Below, in pieces: positions 1 to 12,732 of a DNA stretch of 64,000 nt. Source of the stretch: Tricharina praecox (Eukaryota); assembly GCF_024521635.1 (NCBI RefSeq), contig NW_026250414.1, forward strand, positions 744,001-808,000, in the 5' to 3' direction. Under the pieces are notes generated by a model, which was given only the letters and a program-made list of their open reading frames with translations, did no database searches and was not told where the DNA came from. A program made the position numbers and the translations under genes. Each line of letters begins with the position of its first letter. Position 1 is the stretch's first letter.

Positions 1-1
1 A

Positions 2-220
2 AAGGTCATCATTGCAAATCTGGAGGCTGCCAGGTCGTGGAAAGTCCCCGGAGCAGTACTCGAGCCGACTCAGATCGTGGCGCCGACACCAGAGCCCGTC
101 CCGGCAGCGAAGGAGTACGTGGCCCTAGAGATCAAGAACGGAGACGGTAAGGAAGCAGGCGGAGGTGAGAAGAGCGCATATGGCTCCGAGGACGATGAGT
201 TCTATGGGCTAGTACCTTAG
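2..220 (+). CDS. 3' end of an unidentified protein-coding gene running in from upstream of the window
   Basis: Open frame from base 2 (KVIIANLEAARSWKVPGAVLEPTQIVAPTPEP...SAYGSEDDEFYGLVP) ending TAG at 218-220, followed by T-rich 3'UTR-like sequence converging on RAD10. Confidence 0.6.
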   Translation, partial: KVIIANLEAARSWKVPGAVLEPTQIVAPTPEPVPAAKEYVALEIKNGDGKEAGGGEKSAYGSEDDEFYGLVP

Positions 221-818
221 GAGGAGTTAGCTTAAATTTTGGGGAGGGGGGGGCTTTTTTTTTGCGCACTGGGATTGTCATTGTTGTGGCTTCCGTTGGA
301 TTTTCACAGTGCGCTTTTTTTTTACTCTTCCACCCATCATCTTTTTTTTTTCGTTGTTTTGTTTGCTCGCGATCTGTGGTTTTTTTGTGCGTGATGTGAT
401 GTGCGTGCACGTTTGTGGCTTGAGTTGGTATTCGTGAGATGATGATTGTGGCTTGACTGGTATTCGTGAGATGATGATTGTGGGGGATTGATGCTTCATG
501 ATTCATGATGCTGGGTTGCGGAAGATGGTTAATGGACGCGGAGAAAAGTACTTGTTTTTGCACGAAATACTACATTATTACTAGTAGTTCTCTTATAATT
601 TCTTCTACGCAATTAGCACATAGCACGCTTGAGCGAATGAATCTCTATGGATTGAGCCCTTTTTTACGATGGGAGAAGCTTCATTGCCTCATGGAACGGT
701 TTCTCACGAGGGACGTGTACCTTGCCTGTCAGGAGTATGAATCTCCATCAGACATCTACTTAGCTAGCAAATCTACCACTAGAATGGCGGACCGACCTCT
801 CAATTCAGCTCAATTGGT

Positions 819-2144
819 TTAAATGTTCTTCTCCCTCATCTTTGCCAGCGCCTCCATGATTCCCACGCCAACACCATCCTCCTCCAGCACATCTACATCT
901 ACATCTACATCCTCCTTCTCCTTCTCCTTCCCCTTCTCCGGCCGACTCGACGCTCCCCTGACGACACTCACACTCACCCTCACCCTCGACCTCGCCGCCT
1001 CCTCCGCAGCCTCAAACTCCGCCACCGCCGCCAGCGCATCCGCGTCGTCCTCAATGACCCACGCCTCGGGCACCTGCGCCCTCACGGCCGTCGCAGCGGC
1101 CGACGCAATCCCCAACCTCGCCGCGACACCATCCGCCTCCGAGGCGGGCATCACCACCCTCTTCCCCGCCTTTTCCCCCCCTTGCAGCTTCCTCTTCCCG
1201 ACCACGAACCCCTCCCCGACCGCCCTCTCGAGCCTGGCAACCTTCTGCTGCCCCCAGCCAGAGATCATAATGACCTCTTCGGGTCTTGCATTAACCGCTC
1301 TTCTCACACTCCCAAACGTCGACACCAGCGTAACCGCGTCGGTCTTATTAACCCCCCGCACCTTTGTAAACATCTCCACCAGCCGCGTGCCATAATCCGC
1401 CGCGACCTTCTCGCGGATCGCGGTCGGCGCAGTGTGCTCCTGCGTCTTGAATAGCTCCAGGTAGCGCGCGGACTCGGAGGCGCTCCAGGATAACAGAAGG
1501 GACGCGCCCGAGAGGAGGCAGGTCTTGGTTAGGACGCGGAGAGAGTCGGCGTGGGTGGGGATGTCGACGAGCACGAGGAGGATGCGGAGGCTGTGGTTCA
1601 CGCCGAGGGAGGACAGACGCGTGTGGATGTAGTCTGGGTGCAGCTTGTGGTACTTTAGTGATAGGAATAGTGCTGCCGTGGACGCGCCTAGGAGGTAGTC
1701 GGCGGATAGGGTCGACGGGCCGTATTCCCAGGAGCAGGCGCGGATGTGGGATAGCAGCGGGTTGCCTTTCTGGGGAGCAGGTGGGGTTAGTACGGCGGCG
1801 ACGGCGGCGGCGAGGGGGGAGGGGGAGGGGAGCGCTACCTGCCGCGGTGACACGATTATCGCGGAGCCTTTGCCGCTGCCGCCGACTTTGCGCGGGACTG
1901 GTTGCACTGGTGCGGCGGGTTTTGCTGGTGGTTGTTGCGCAGGCTGTGGAGCTGCTGCTGGTGGAGCTGCTGCTGCTGCTGGTGCAGGTGCAGGTGCTGG
2001 TGCTGGTGCTGGTGGGGCGGCGGCGGCTTTTGCGGGTGGTGGGGGTGGGGGTGGAGGTGCGGCGCGATGCGTGCGCTCGGCGGCTTCGAGTGCGGCCGTG
2101 AACGCTTCGTCCGGGAAGGCGCCGTATTCGTCGTCGGAGCCCAT
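819..2144 (-). CDS. RAD10: Nucleotide excision repair endonuclease subunit Rad10/ERCC1/Swi10; exons 2144-1839 and 1769-819
   Basis: After removing a 69-nt intron (1770-1838; GTAGCG..CTAAC..CAG) the protein reads IIVSPRQKGNPLL..ADYLLG..ALFLSLKYHKLHPDYI..RILLVLVD..LLLSWSASESARYLE, then an HhH region (KVRGVNKTDAVTLVSTFGSVRRAVNA..ISGWGQQK), all typical of ERCC1/Rad10. Confidence 0.95.
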   Translation of the reverse strand: MGSDDEYGAFPDEAFTAALEAAERTHRAAPPPPPPPPAKAAAAPPAPAPAPAPAPAAAAAPPAAAPQPAQQPPAKPAAPVQPVPRKVGGSGKGSAIIVSPRQVALPSPSPLAAAVAAVLTPPAPQKGNPLLSHIRACSWEYGPSTLSADYLLGASTAALFLSLKYHKLHPDYIHTRLSSLGVNHSLRILLVLVDIPTHADSLRVLTKTCLLSGASLLLSWSASESARYLELFKTQEHTAPTAIREKVAADYGTRLVEMFTKVRGVNKTDAVTLVSTFGSVRRAVNARPEEVIMISGWGQQKVARLERAVGEGFVVGKRKLQGGEKAGKRVVMPASEADGVAARLGIASAAATAVRAQVPEAWVIEDDADALAAVAEFEAAEEAARSRVRVSVSVVRGASSRPEKGKEKEKEDVDVDVDVLEEDGVGVGIMEALAKMREKNI

Positions 2145-5100
2145 TGTTGTTTGCGTTGCGGTGGTGGTGGTGGCGATGGTGGTGGTGAACTACTGGGTAG
2201 TAGGTATGGTGTTGCGCGAAGCTCGGTGGGAGCTGCGATATGGCAGGCTGGGACGAGCTATGCTGGGAGACGTGACGCAGCTAGGTTCCGTACCTGGTCA
2301 TAACTACTGGTCACGGTGGTTAGACGCGCCAAGGCCGCCGGATCGTGGAACGGTGAACTGGAGAATCGAGATGGAGGAGGCGGACTATTAATAGTACCTA
2401 GCTGAGCAGCTGGGGCGGCAGTGGGGCCTGGGGATTCAGTGGGGAGTCAGGGATGGGAATTTGAAGGATGCTTCTCCGCACTTTCTCTTGGTGCCAGGTG
2501 GGAGACTGGGAGTCACTTTTTCGAAACCTGAGGAAGCACTCTATGACTCGTAGTTACAATAGGCACATACTTCCGTGCTATTGAGGTCGAATAGGTAACC
2601 ACAGGACCCATCCACAGTGTACACTCAATTCTTTCTTCAAAACATATTTTCTATGTAGATTGTCTACTTTGCGGATTCGGCTGCTCCAAGCCGGCGACTT
2701 TTTCCCAGCAATTCATACCTAATACTGGAGTGTTGACGCTCGAAGGACACCTTCCAAGGCTCCGACACGATCCTACCCTGATCATAATGCATCACTCTTC
2801 TTTCCTCCTTCCCTCTCCTGACTCCGATTCATCTTGGCAGTGCTTCCAAGTTTGAAGTTCCAAGTTCCAAGTTCCCAGGATGAGGGGCAGCACGTGAATG
2901 ACGAGGAACCATGTACCAAACAAGAACCGCCCTTTTTCTTCTTCTTCTTCTGCACGGCAGACAGGCAGTGCATCTCGCCAGAGTCAGGCATCAGGTAGGT
3001 ACTCTACCTACCGTACTCTACCCTGCTCTATTCCAGAGTACTCTAGGCTGTATGCGAGTTCACGAAGCAACAAAACCCCCCCAAAACCCCTTCTTCTGTG
3101 TAAAATCCAACTTCTACCGTCCCGCTTCAACGTCCCGTCAACGTTAACGTTGCAAGTGCACTTACTTCACTATGTAGAGTACTTACTTTCCGACACGCGC
3201 ACACCATACTCAAGGTACCTAACGTGAACTCTGGGGAAAGTGCGGTTTCCGGTATGGTCTAGTAACACTACTAATCTCGGATGCCGGGTACTGCCGACCT
3301 CCACCTCGACCGAGCCCCGGGATTCGGGATTCGGGCTGAGACGGAGGACGGGGGCGGGATGGGCTGATGATGGTTTGCGAAGTAGAGTACTGGTCTACTC
3401 TACATACCCCACTCTACATACTCTACTCTCTGTACATACCGTGCTCTGCATAGATACTGAAGATATCCGCTGGCATACGGTAGGTAGAGTAGAGAGCATC
3501 CGCATGCAGAGCTGGAGCTAGAGTAGAGGTCGCGCATCGCGTAGGTGGTGGTGGCAGTGGTGGTGGTGGTCCAGGTGGTGGCCCTGTGGGAAACGTCAAG
3601 TTGCAGGCTGCAGTGGCCTGCTTGAGTGGAAAGTGAGCAGTTGGATCGATGCTTGAGTAAGAAGGAACTGCAACCTCGAGAAAAACCTGCAAGTATCGGC
3701 CATTCCAAGTGCAAATTCTTTTCTGCTGTCGAAAAAAACTTTTCTTTCTGCTGCGGATCGTTTGTTTGCCCGCCTGCTTTCTCTACCTTTAGTATCTTAC
3801 CATCTCGGTCGCTCCGTGCATTTGTAGAGTACCCAGACTACCTACGCATGATGCAGCAGTAGCAGCAGCAGCAGCAGTACCACGCGTAGAGTGGTTTCCT
3901 CAGCATACATACCGCAGAGTACCGCAGAGCATGTACGTACCGCAGAGCATGTACGTACCGCAGAGTGGGTACATGCCATGCCATGCCGTTGCGAAGAAGA
4001 AGAGAAAGAGAGAGAGAAAAAAAAAGTCACCATTATAGTTACGCAGGCAGAGTATCTAACCTCATCCAACCGCCATTGGTCGAGGTCGGGTCGCATGTCT
4101 CCCTCCCTCCAACTCCTCCTGCCCCTCCCTCCATAGAGGGATGGATGGGCCGCATGTGTGGTTCGATAACTTTTTCTTTCTTGCGTGCGACGAGTGATGG
4201 AGAAAGAGGGGAAGAGAAGAGCCTGTCTTAGACTGCCTGTCTGCCTGCTTGTCTGTCTGGTTGTCTGGCTGGTTGTCTGGCTGTCAATTGAAAGGGGAAA
4301 AAATTTCTGCATTTCTTTGCATTTCTCTGCATTTTCGTTCGTCACCCTGCGTCTGTGTTGGAGTGTGTGTGCGTCTGTCGATCTGCCTGTGTGTGCGTCT
4401 GTCGGTCTGCCTGTGTGTGTGGTGGTGGATGTAGTAGTGGCTGTGGGTACATGAAGATTTAATTGCTTGTTTTTTTTGGGTGGAGGTGGTGGTGGTGCTG
4501 GTGGGTGTGGTGGTGGTGGGTGCTGACGGTTACAACTTGAAGGTGGATGGAGAACGAAGGCTGGAGGAGCTGGAGGAGGAGGAGGAAAGGAGGGTGAATA
4601 GCAAAGAAAAGAAGAGTGGGTGACGATGGTTATGGGACGAGGCGGGGATCGTGAACGGGTGGGTGAGCATAGGAGGAAAGGACGGTAGAGTAGATTCATA
4701 TTAGAAAGGACCAACAGAGGCAGTGGGAGAGGATGAGAATGAGAAGGAGGGCACAAGAAAGAGGAAGATGTCTCTTGACAAGGTGTGAGGCGCTGTTCGA
4801 GCACCGCCACACTCTTCCCCTCCAACTTCTCCAGGACCAACACCAGCCAGCCAGGCACAGGTCGGAGAGAGAAGAGACAGCAGGCTAGGCCTCCATAGAC
4901 GGCGGTAGGAGTGTGGTAGGTAGGAGTGTCTGTCTGTCTCTTCCACACGCTCCGTAGGTGGTGGTTGCCCACCTCCACCTCCACCACCCTACCACACACC
5001 CTAGAAGGTGATACCGCCAACTCCCCGGACACAACCCAGCGCCCACGCCCGCCCACCTCCCACCTCCACCCACCACACGCACACACATTCACATTCGCAT

Positions 5101-5653
5101 CCCCCATTCTCCTTCACCTGCACATTCCCCATTCACCACCCTCAGGAGCCGCCTACGAACAATACCTACCAGCTACCCCCCGTCTCCCGTCCATCGACCG
5201 CCGCACGACGAACGAACGACGAGCGCCACCCGATAGTTACCTCCATCCCCCATCCATCCATCCATCGCACTCTTTAGCCGTCGGCCGTCGACTTCACGCC
5301 CCGTCCGGCTTTTTGCGTTCGCGCTAAGACGCCCAACCCCCGGATCACGACCAACCCTACTCTGTTCCTCTGCTTCCCTTACATACCTAACCGACACATC
5401 ACTCACCACCACCACCGCACACCCTTCTTCCCCCCCGGAGAAAGCAGAGAGGAACACGGAGAGAAAGATCTAACGAGCTTCAACGACCACCGATCGCAAT
5501 ATCTATATATCTCCAACCACTACCACTGCTCGATTAGCGGCAATCTGGGAAAGTGGGAATAGGGACGGACATTGCCGCGCGCAGAACAAAAGTGGGGACG
5601 ATCGGTTCGGTCGGTCGGTCGGTCGCAAAAAGAGCCTCAACGAGCAAGGAGAA

Positions 5654-5685
<32 letters not shown>

Positions 5686-6747
5686 CGGTGATCGCCAGCA
5701 GAAACTACCCATCGCATCAGGTATCAACGACAGACGGGAGCAGGAAATAGAAGACTCTTTCGGCACGATACACTCCGTCGGTCGGCCGGTCAGGGTCGTC
5801 GGGTTGCGAGAGAGCTACATCGTAGTGTTTGATTCGATCGCGTAGCGACGAGGCGACACCGCGTTTTATTCCTTGGGTCGGAAAAGCCGCTTCATCTCCA
5901 GGTTTTCTCTTTGAAAGTCGGCGAGCGAGAAAGAGAGAAAGAATAGGGCGGGTGAGGTGTGTGAGTGAGTGTGAGTGTGAGTGTGAGTGTGAGTGTGAGA
6001 GCGTGAGTGTGTGTGCTGTGTTGTGTTGTGTGGTGTGTCGTGCGTCTGTCTCCGTGTCGTGCGTTCATCTTCATCATCATCATCGCCATCGGCATCACTT
6101 GGCCTTGCTTTGCTTCGCAGGAATCGCCTCGCTCGTTGACGACACTTTCTCCCTACACTCACTTAGACTTCTTCTTCTTCTACTACTTCTTCTTCTCCTG
6201 CACTCCGCCGCGCCGCTCCTCTGACGAACTGCATCAACAATAACAACGACAACATCATCAGCATCAGCATCATCATCATTGTCTGCAGCAGAAGCAGCAG
6301 CAGCAGCACCGACAAACGACAGCGGCTCAACGTTATAGTACATCCCAAACTCGGAATACCCACCCGCTACCTCCTCCACTTACCGCACACCCACGACTAC
6401 AACCCCCCAAGCCAACCAACCAACCAAGCCACTACTGCTTTCCCCGATATCCACCCCGGCTTGAGTTCCGTCCCCCGACCTCAACCTTACGTCCTCTTCA
6501 TCTTGACCTCCGACACACAACACACGAACTTCAACCCGATCCACCACCACTACCACCACCACCCCCGTAAGCGAACTCCTCCACCCCCGTCGGCTTTTAT
6601 CCTGCTTGCGGCTCGCCTTCCTCGCACCCCAACACACTCCGCAAGCTTGACGCTGGAAAGTCTCGCACTTTCCGCCGTCCCCGTACCGTCGCCAAAATCG
6701 GTCCTACATCCGCCTCCCAGACGCCTCCCCCGACTCCGTCGTCGCGT

Positions 6748-8405
6748 ATGACAACCTTCACTCCCTACTCGCAGAACAAAAACGCGATCCCCGCTCCTCC
6801 GGATCAACCCACGCCTCAATCCCCCCCGTCGTCCTTCATGTCCTCCGGCCATGCTCCGACAAACGCGATGACGACCGACAAGTTCAACAATAACAACAAC
6901 AGCAACAACAACCATTACCACACCAGCCAGTCGTTTTCGAACGTATCGACACCGCCATCCTCCATCGGCCGTCCTGTAATACAGACCACGTCCACTGCCA
7001 GCTCGCTCCTCACGCCGTCTAGTACCAGCGCGAACTCGACCCACGAGGACATGGAGATCGATTCTTTTATCGACGACGGTTTCGGGGATAGCAACCCCAA
7101 CAAGCGACGGAGAACATACGGCTCGTTCGAAGCCGAGCGACGATCGCCTCCCGCGAATCTTCGGCACGCTGGCAGTTCGACCGACGACATGATGGCCGCA
7201 TCGCCCTCGATGCAGCAGATCCAAGAGCTGATTACTAACCCTGATTGCTCCCCATATCATCTTGTCTGCCAGAAAAGTTTGTTCCCCCAACACCCTTCAC
7301 TTCACATGTCAATTCAAAGGTAAAGGGAAAAGGCAAAAAGAAAAGCGACGGTTAACATTCCCCCAGTGTATGAGAAATCGTATCCCGATCCGACCGAGAA
7401 TCTCATTCAACTGTATGGCCTCCAAACGATCGCGGACAAAGTGGCGCGCTTCGACGCCACGGGGAAGAAGAATAAGCTCCGGAAGAGTTACAAGGGGCAC
7501 ATCGCTACATTATCGGGCAAGAACGAGGTGGTCGCGAAGCCAACACAGTTGGGCCAATACTACGATCAATCTTCGCTCGATCCTGCGGAAAATAAGCTGC
7601 AGATGCTCGCGTTCTACCCCGATGAGGAATGGAGGCTGCAACACGTGATGGGCAAGGAGATGAGCCGCGGTTTCGACATGGCGAAAGTGAGGAGGGGATT
7701 GGCGAATATCACGAAAGGTGATATACCAAGGGTAAGCTTTGCTTCCCCTCATATATCTCCCGCTGTGACGCCGGAATGAAATACCCCCTCCCCCTGAGAA
7801 GAGAATGGATGGATTGCACCGGGTCGACCAACCAGTCATGTATGCTGACTGGTCGGCGTTGTTTCCACAGTTCGATGCCACAGTTCTTGGGCTCGACGAG
7901 GAGATGCCCCGCAAGCGGATTGAGAGCGCGCGCTCGCCACAAATGTCGGTTGGAACTCCACAACACAATGGCTCCACCACTCCCGGCAATGCCTCCACGG
8001 CTTCCGGAGGACCGGGCCCGAGTGAGCTCATTCGGCCCGAACGCAAGAACAAGAAACGGAGTTATCACGACGGATCCTACGAGGGATACGAAGAGGAAGA
8101 CGAATCCGGAGGTACCGCCGGCAATGGTCCGGGCGGTGGGAATGGTAGTGGTGCATCCGTCGGCGGTGGAAACTGGCCCGGCGACCCAAACAAACAGAAG
8201 AAGAAGAAGCGGAAGAAGGTATGAGCCTCCGGCTTTCCCGAGATCGAATCCTTCCCGGTTATTACACCCCATTCGGGATGCAATTGTTCTCATCGGCAAA
8301 TATATTTCTTAGGAGTAAAGTAATAACATACGGCAGAATCCTGATGTTGATTCCCCCGGCGGTATGGACCTCGGCCGACACAGTGTTCCGATATATGGAC
8401 GATGA
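6748..8405 (+). CDS. MED19: Mediator subunit Med19/Rox3; exons 6748-7276, 7367-7731, 7871-8218, 8337-8405
   Basis: Spliced product contains PDPTENLIQLYGLQTIADKVARFDATGKKNKLRKSYKGHIATLSGKNEV (Rox3/Med19 core) and a basic KQKKKKRKK tail; introns GTTTGT..TTAAC..CAG, GTAAGC..CTGAC..CAG, GTATGA..CAG. The last exon is less certain. Confidence 0.88.
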
Positions 8406-10620
8406 CCTCGCTGAAATCCTCAAAAGTGGGCTGTGATGATGAAGACGTTGTGGGAGGAGTTGGGTGGGGGTGCTGGCTGGCTGGAGAGGATGGAAGTGTT
8501 GTGTTGTTGTGGTTGTGTTGCGTTGTGTTGTTGTGTCTGTACGGAAGCGCCCACCTTAATACGTTCGTTTTTTCTGCTGCATATCTCTGGGGGGGGAATT
8601 CGAATCGATTTCGAAATATACCGTCTCTCTCGGAGGTGGGGATTGATTGATTGATTGCTGCAGTGTTTCTTGTGTTTTTTATTCCCCGGACCTTCGTTGT
8701 TTTTTGCGGTTTTTTTTCTCTCGCTCTTGCTGGTCTGGTCTGGTCTGATCTGGCCTGGTCTGGTTGGGAGTTTTTATAGATGAGGGGGAAACGTGGGTTC
8801 CCTTGGGTTTAGTTTGGTTGTGGATGTGGAGGGGGATGTGGATGGGATGTGGGATGTGGTTGTGGATGTGGAGGGGTGATACGGTACGGAGTTGCAATTG
8901 TTGGTTGCATATGCATGACATTTTAGGTGGTGGGAGTGGGAGTGGGAGTGGGAGTGGCAGTGGCAGTGGGGAGGTGTCGTCGTCGGCTAAACCGAGTCAG
9001 CCTTGCTTGCTTGCTCTTTGTTGGACACTTGGATTGGTTGCATGCTGCTATACATACTCGGCTTGGCTTGTGCAATGGCTTGTGCGATATCTACGAGGCA
9101 TACTCTTCTACCTACTGTATATCATAGTCACTTGGGACACTTGGGACTGGGGATACTGGGGATACTGGGACACTGGGGACACTGGGGGCTACGGGGGGCA
9201 CTGGTTGGGGGACACGGGGGACACTGCGGATACTGGCTGGGGGTGCTAGTCACTCGACGTCGATCGATTTACATACGTTACCACTCTTAGAGACCGACTG
9301 TTCCGGCCCGTTACGATCTGTCCTGTCCTATCCTGTCCGGGATACCGAAGAGGCCGAACGAAGAGGCCGACTGACAATTCATACCAGGGGAGCGGGCGAG
9401 GGGGGAGGCACGAGCCGGCAAACCTGCCTATCCTATTGTGCGAGCCGAGTGTCGAGAGAGAGAGAGAGAGGGGGGGGGGGGGGGGGGAGGGAGAGAGAGA
9501 GAGAGCGAGAGAGGGTCATTTTCTTTTCTTTAAGCGAGCTGCGGGAACCGGGGGGAGGGTATTTGTTGTCATTGTTTTGCACTTTTCCGTTCTCGTTCAA
9601 CATCATCGGCGTTGTATGATTTTGATTTCAAGTTCTGAGTGTTTATGTTTTGATGTGTTTTTTGGCTCGGTTCGATAATTGGCTTACACCCGCTGGGTGT
9701 TGTTTTTGTTTGTCTGTTACTATTATACTCATGTGTTGCTACTGTTTTTCGTTTTCTGGTTGTATGATTGTACTTGGGTGCTGGATGGGCGGGAGTGTGA
9801 CGATAGTATGGGAGAGGATGCTGAGGGATGCTGAGGATGGAGAGGATGATTGTAGGTTGGGACTAGATACTCGGTAATGAAAGCGCTACATACCGATGAT
9901 ATGATCGGTACGGTACTGGTCCAGAAGACGCGGAGAAGATGGAGAGAATGTGTGAAGTTATGAAGGACCGGGAAGCTGGCGGATTGTACGAGTAGATATA
10001 CCTAGCAGATTCCGAAGCACATTCTGCTCGTCTTCGATGCCCATCGTCCCATCGTCCATCGTCTACCGTACCTACCCTAGAGTACGGTAAGTATCTCCGA
10101 GTGTCTATGGTCTATGGTCTATGGTCTGTGCTCCCAGTTCCCGGCGCCCAGCACCCGCAATCGCTCGGTCGGTCGCTCGCACGCTTTCCGTCGGCTACTT
10201 TGGCCATGCCATGCCATGTCGTATTAGGGCTGGCATCGCAGTGGTGGTGGTTGTGGGCGCCGACGGTGGGTTGTATTTTAGCATGCATAAACTCAAGTTT
10301 TTAGCGGCAGCAGCAGCAAGCACTGCAGCAGCACTGTACGAGTACTAGTACCAGCACTGCAACAGGCACATCGGGGCCAATCACCACCCCTCGTTATCGC
10401 CCCCCCATCCATCCTTCCTTCCATCCATCGAAGCAAGCAACGCAGGCAAAGCAAAGCAACACTTCACTTCGGGCACTGACTGAGTTGCATTCTTCTTTGC
10501 TTTCCCCCCTCCCTCCGCCCCACCACCATCACCACCACCACCACCACCACCACCGCCACCGCACCGAACTCACCAACCACGAATAGGACCACGAACAGGA
10601 ACACGAACAGGAACACGAGA

Positions 10621-12420
10621 ATGACTCGGTCCAAGTCGCGAAAGGAGAAATTGGCCAAGATGGCGGAAGCGCAGGCGGAGCGGAGCGGCAGCGAGACTGC
10701 GGCGTCTGGGGCGGCGGCGGCGGGGGAAAAGAACACGCCCGCGGCGGCGGCAAAGGACGGCGGCGGCGGCAAAGAGAAAGAGAAAGAAGCGGTCAGCGCG
10801 CTTATCATATGCCGCAACAAGTAGCCTCCTCCTGTTGTTCCTGTTGTTGTTTCTCCAGCTCCGTCGGGACAATCTGTTCTTTGGGGGGAGGGGCTCGTAG
10901 ATACTGACGCGACGTGCGCGCGCAGGCATTGGCGGTACATCAGTTCGTTCCACGGGCCGTGGCTGCAGCTGCCGCCGGAAGTCCTCGAGTCGCTCGCGTA
11001 CAGCAACTTCGCCGCGCCGCGGCCGCGGCCCATCGATCCCGCCGTGTTCTTCGATCTCGTCAAGATCCGCCGCCACGTCGACGAGGCGACGACGCTGGCC
11101 GTGCGCGCCGCAAGCGGCGTCGCTAGCTCCCTATCCCCCAAGGATCATCATCTGCTACTGGGCATTGGCGGAGCCCCCGCACCAAGGCTGAGTAGGGAGC
11201 GGAAGTATCGCATGCGGGAGCTCGCCACGCAGAAACTCGCGAAGGCGTACAAGCTCGATGAGATTGCGGCGAGCGTGGCGACGATGCAGAGCGCGAGCTC
11301 GCTGGAGGACGTGGCGAGTCTGGTGCTGGCTAGGGAGCCGGGGAATGCTGATGCGAAGTATGTGCATTTCTTCCACGAGAAGATCCCGAGTCGCATGCTG
11401 GCCAAGTGCACGAGTCTGGCACCGCTGGACCATGTCATCTCCGAGCGGCCGGCGGAGGGCGCGCCCATGCGCACGCGCGCGGTGACGCGGGTCTTTAAGG
11501 ATGACTTTTTGGGCGCCGCGGCGGACCTGACGAAAGCGCTGGCGCTGGGGGAGCGGCGGCACGATGTCGTCCCCGTCGTCGAGCGCGGCGGGAGGATGGC
11601 TGATGAGGAAATGCCTAGTTCGCTCGAGGGCCAGCTACTGTTCCACCGCGCGGGGACATGGCTGAGCGTTGCGTGCCAGAGCGTGGAAACGGTGCTCGCC
11701 ACCACCACCGAGGCGGAGCCGCGGAAACTCGTGCGCACCTACGCAAAGCGCGCCTTACGCGACTACTCGCGCTTCCTCTCGGGCTTCGAGTACACCCCCG
11801 GGGCGCCGACGTCCACCGCACTGATCCCGATCTCGAACGCTTCCTCGTCGTCGATCTCGTCGTCGTCCTCCACCACCTCCTCCTCCTCCAAAGCCGGCAC
11901 CGACGTCCCCATCCACGCCATCGCGGCGCTCTTCCAGTCCCCGCCGTTCACGCTCCCCCCGCCCTCGGACGCCGAAGCACTAACGTACCACCCTTTGCTG
12001 ACCGACGCGCTCTACAGCACGCTGATCTGCCACCTGTTACTCGCCACGCCTCACAAGGAGCTGGGCCGCTACGTCGGCATGGTCACGCGGCTGACACGGA
12101 TCGCGGACGGATACCCGGTGTTCCTGGCTGCGCGCTCCCCCGCCCGCGCGGACTGGGGCGAGGTCGTGAAGCGCTGCACCCTTGAGTTCGAGGAGACCGC
12201 GGGGAATCCGCCGGAGTCGGGCGGTATGGGGCATGGCGAATATCCTGTCTCGACGGAGCGCGCGGGGTTGGTTACGAGGTGGGTTGCTGAGGGATTGGGG
12301 GGTGTTGTGCCTGGCGCAAATGGCAATGGCAGGAGGAGGAGGAAGCAGAAGGGGGAGGGGGAGAGTGAGATTGAGGCGGGGACGGGGGCAGGGTCGGGGG
12401 CGGGGGTAGTGGGGGAATAG
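10621..12420 (+). CDS. Conserved fungal protein of unknown function (helical/TPR-like middle; I recall homologs being labelled 'histidine kinase group protein'); exons 10621-10820, 10926-12420
   Basis: Intron 10821-10925 (GTAGCC..CTGAC..CAG) joins ALIICRNK to HWRYISSFHGPWLQLPPEVLESLAYSN..IDPAVFFDLVKIRR, running into the 458-aa ORF (LDEIAASVATMQSASSLE, YVHFFHEKIPSR, GYPVFLAARSPARADW); strong GC3 bias. Confidence 0.88.
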
Positions 12421-12461
12421 CGGGGTAGGGGGTAGCGAGGTAGGGGCGAGCACGGGGGGGG

Positions 12462-12549
12462 GTGGACAGGTGCGTGGACGGGTGCGTGGACGGGTGCGTG
12501 GACGGGTGCGTGGACGGGTGCGTGGACGGGTGCGTGGACGGGTGCGTGG
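12462..12549. repeat. 12-bp tandem repeat (GGTGCGTGGACG) x~7
   Basis: Directly visible tandem array in the 3' flank of the preceding gene. Confidence 0.9.
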
Positions 12550-12667
12550 GTAGATGGACGAGTTTACATGACCTCTGCTCTACGTGCAAATGTTACATAA
12601 CGGGGCTGTGGGTCTGTGGATCATCGTGAGTGAGGCTTCCTGGTAGATTTCTGTGTGAGTGGGTGAG

Positions 12668-12732
12668 TGGATTGGACTCGTGGATTGGACTCGTGGATTG
12701 GACTCGTGGATTGGACTCGTGGATTGGACTCG
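12668..12732. repeat. 13-bp tandem repeat (TGGATTGGACTCG) x5
   Basis: Directly visible. Confidence 0.9.

Noticed and set aside
3842-5107. 421-aa minus-strand ORF
   Set aside because: Low-complexity translation of microsatellite-rich DNA with no domain or codon bias
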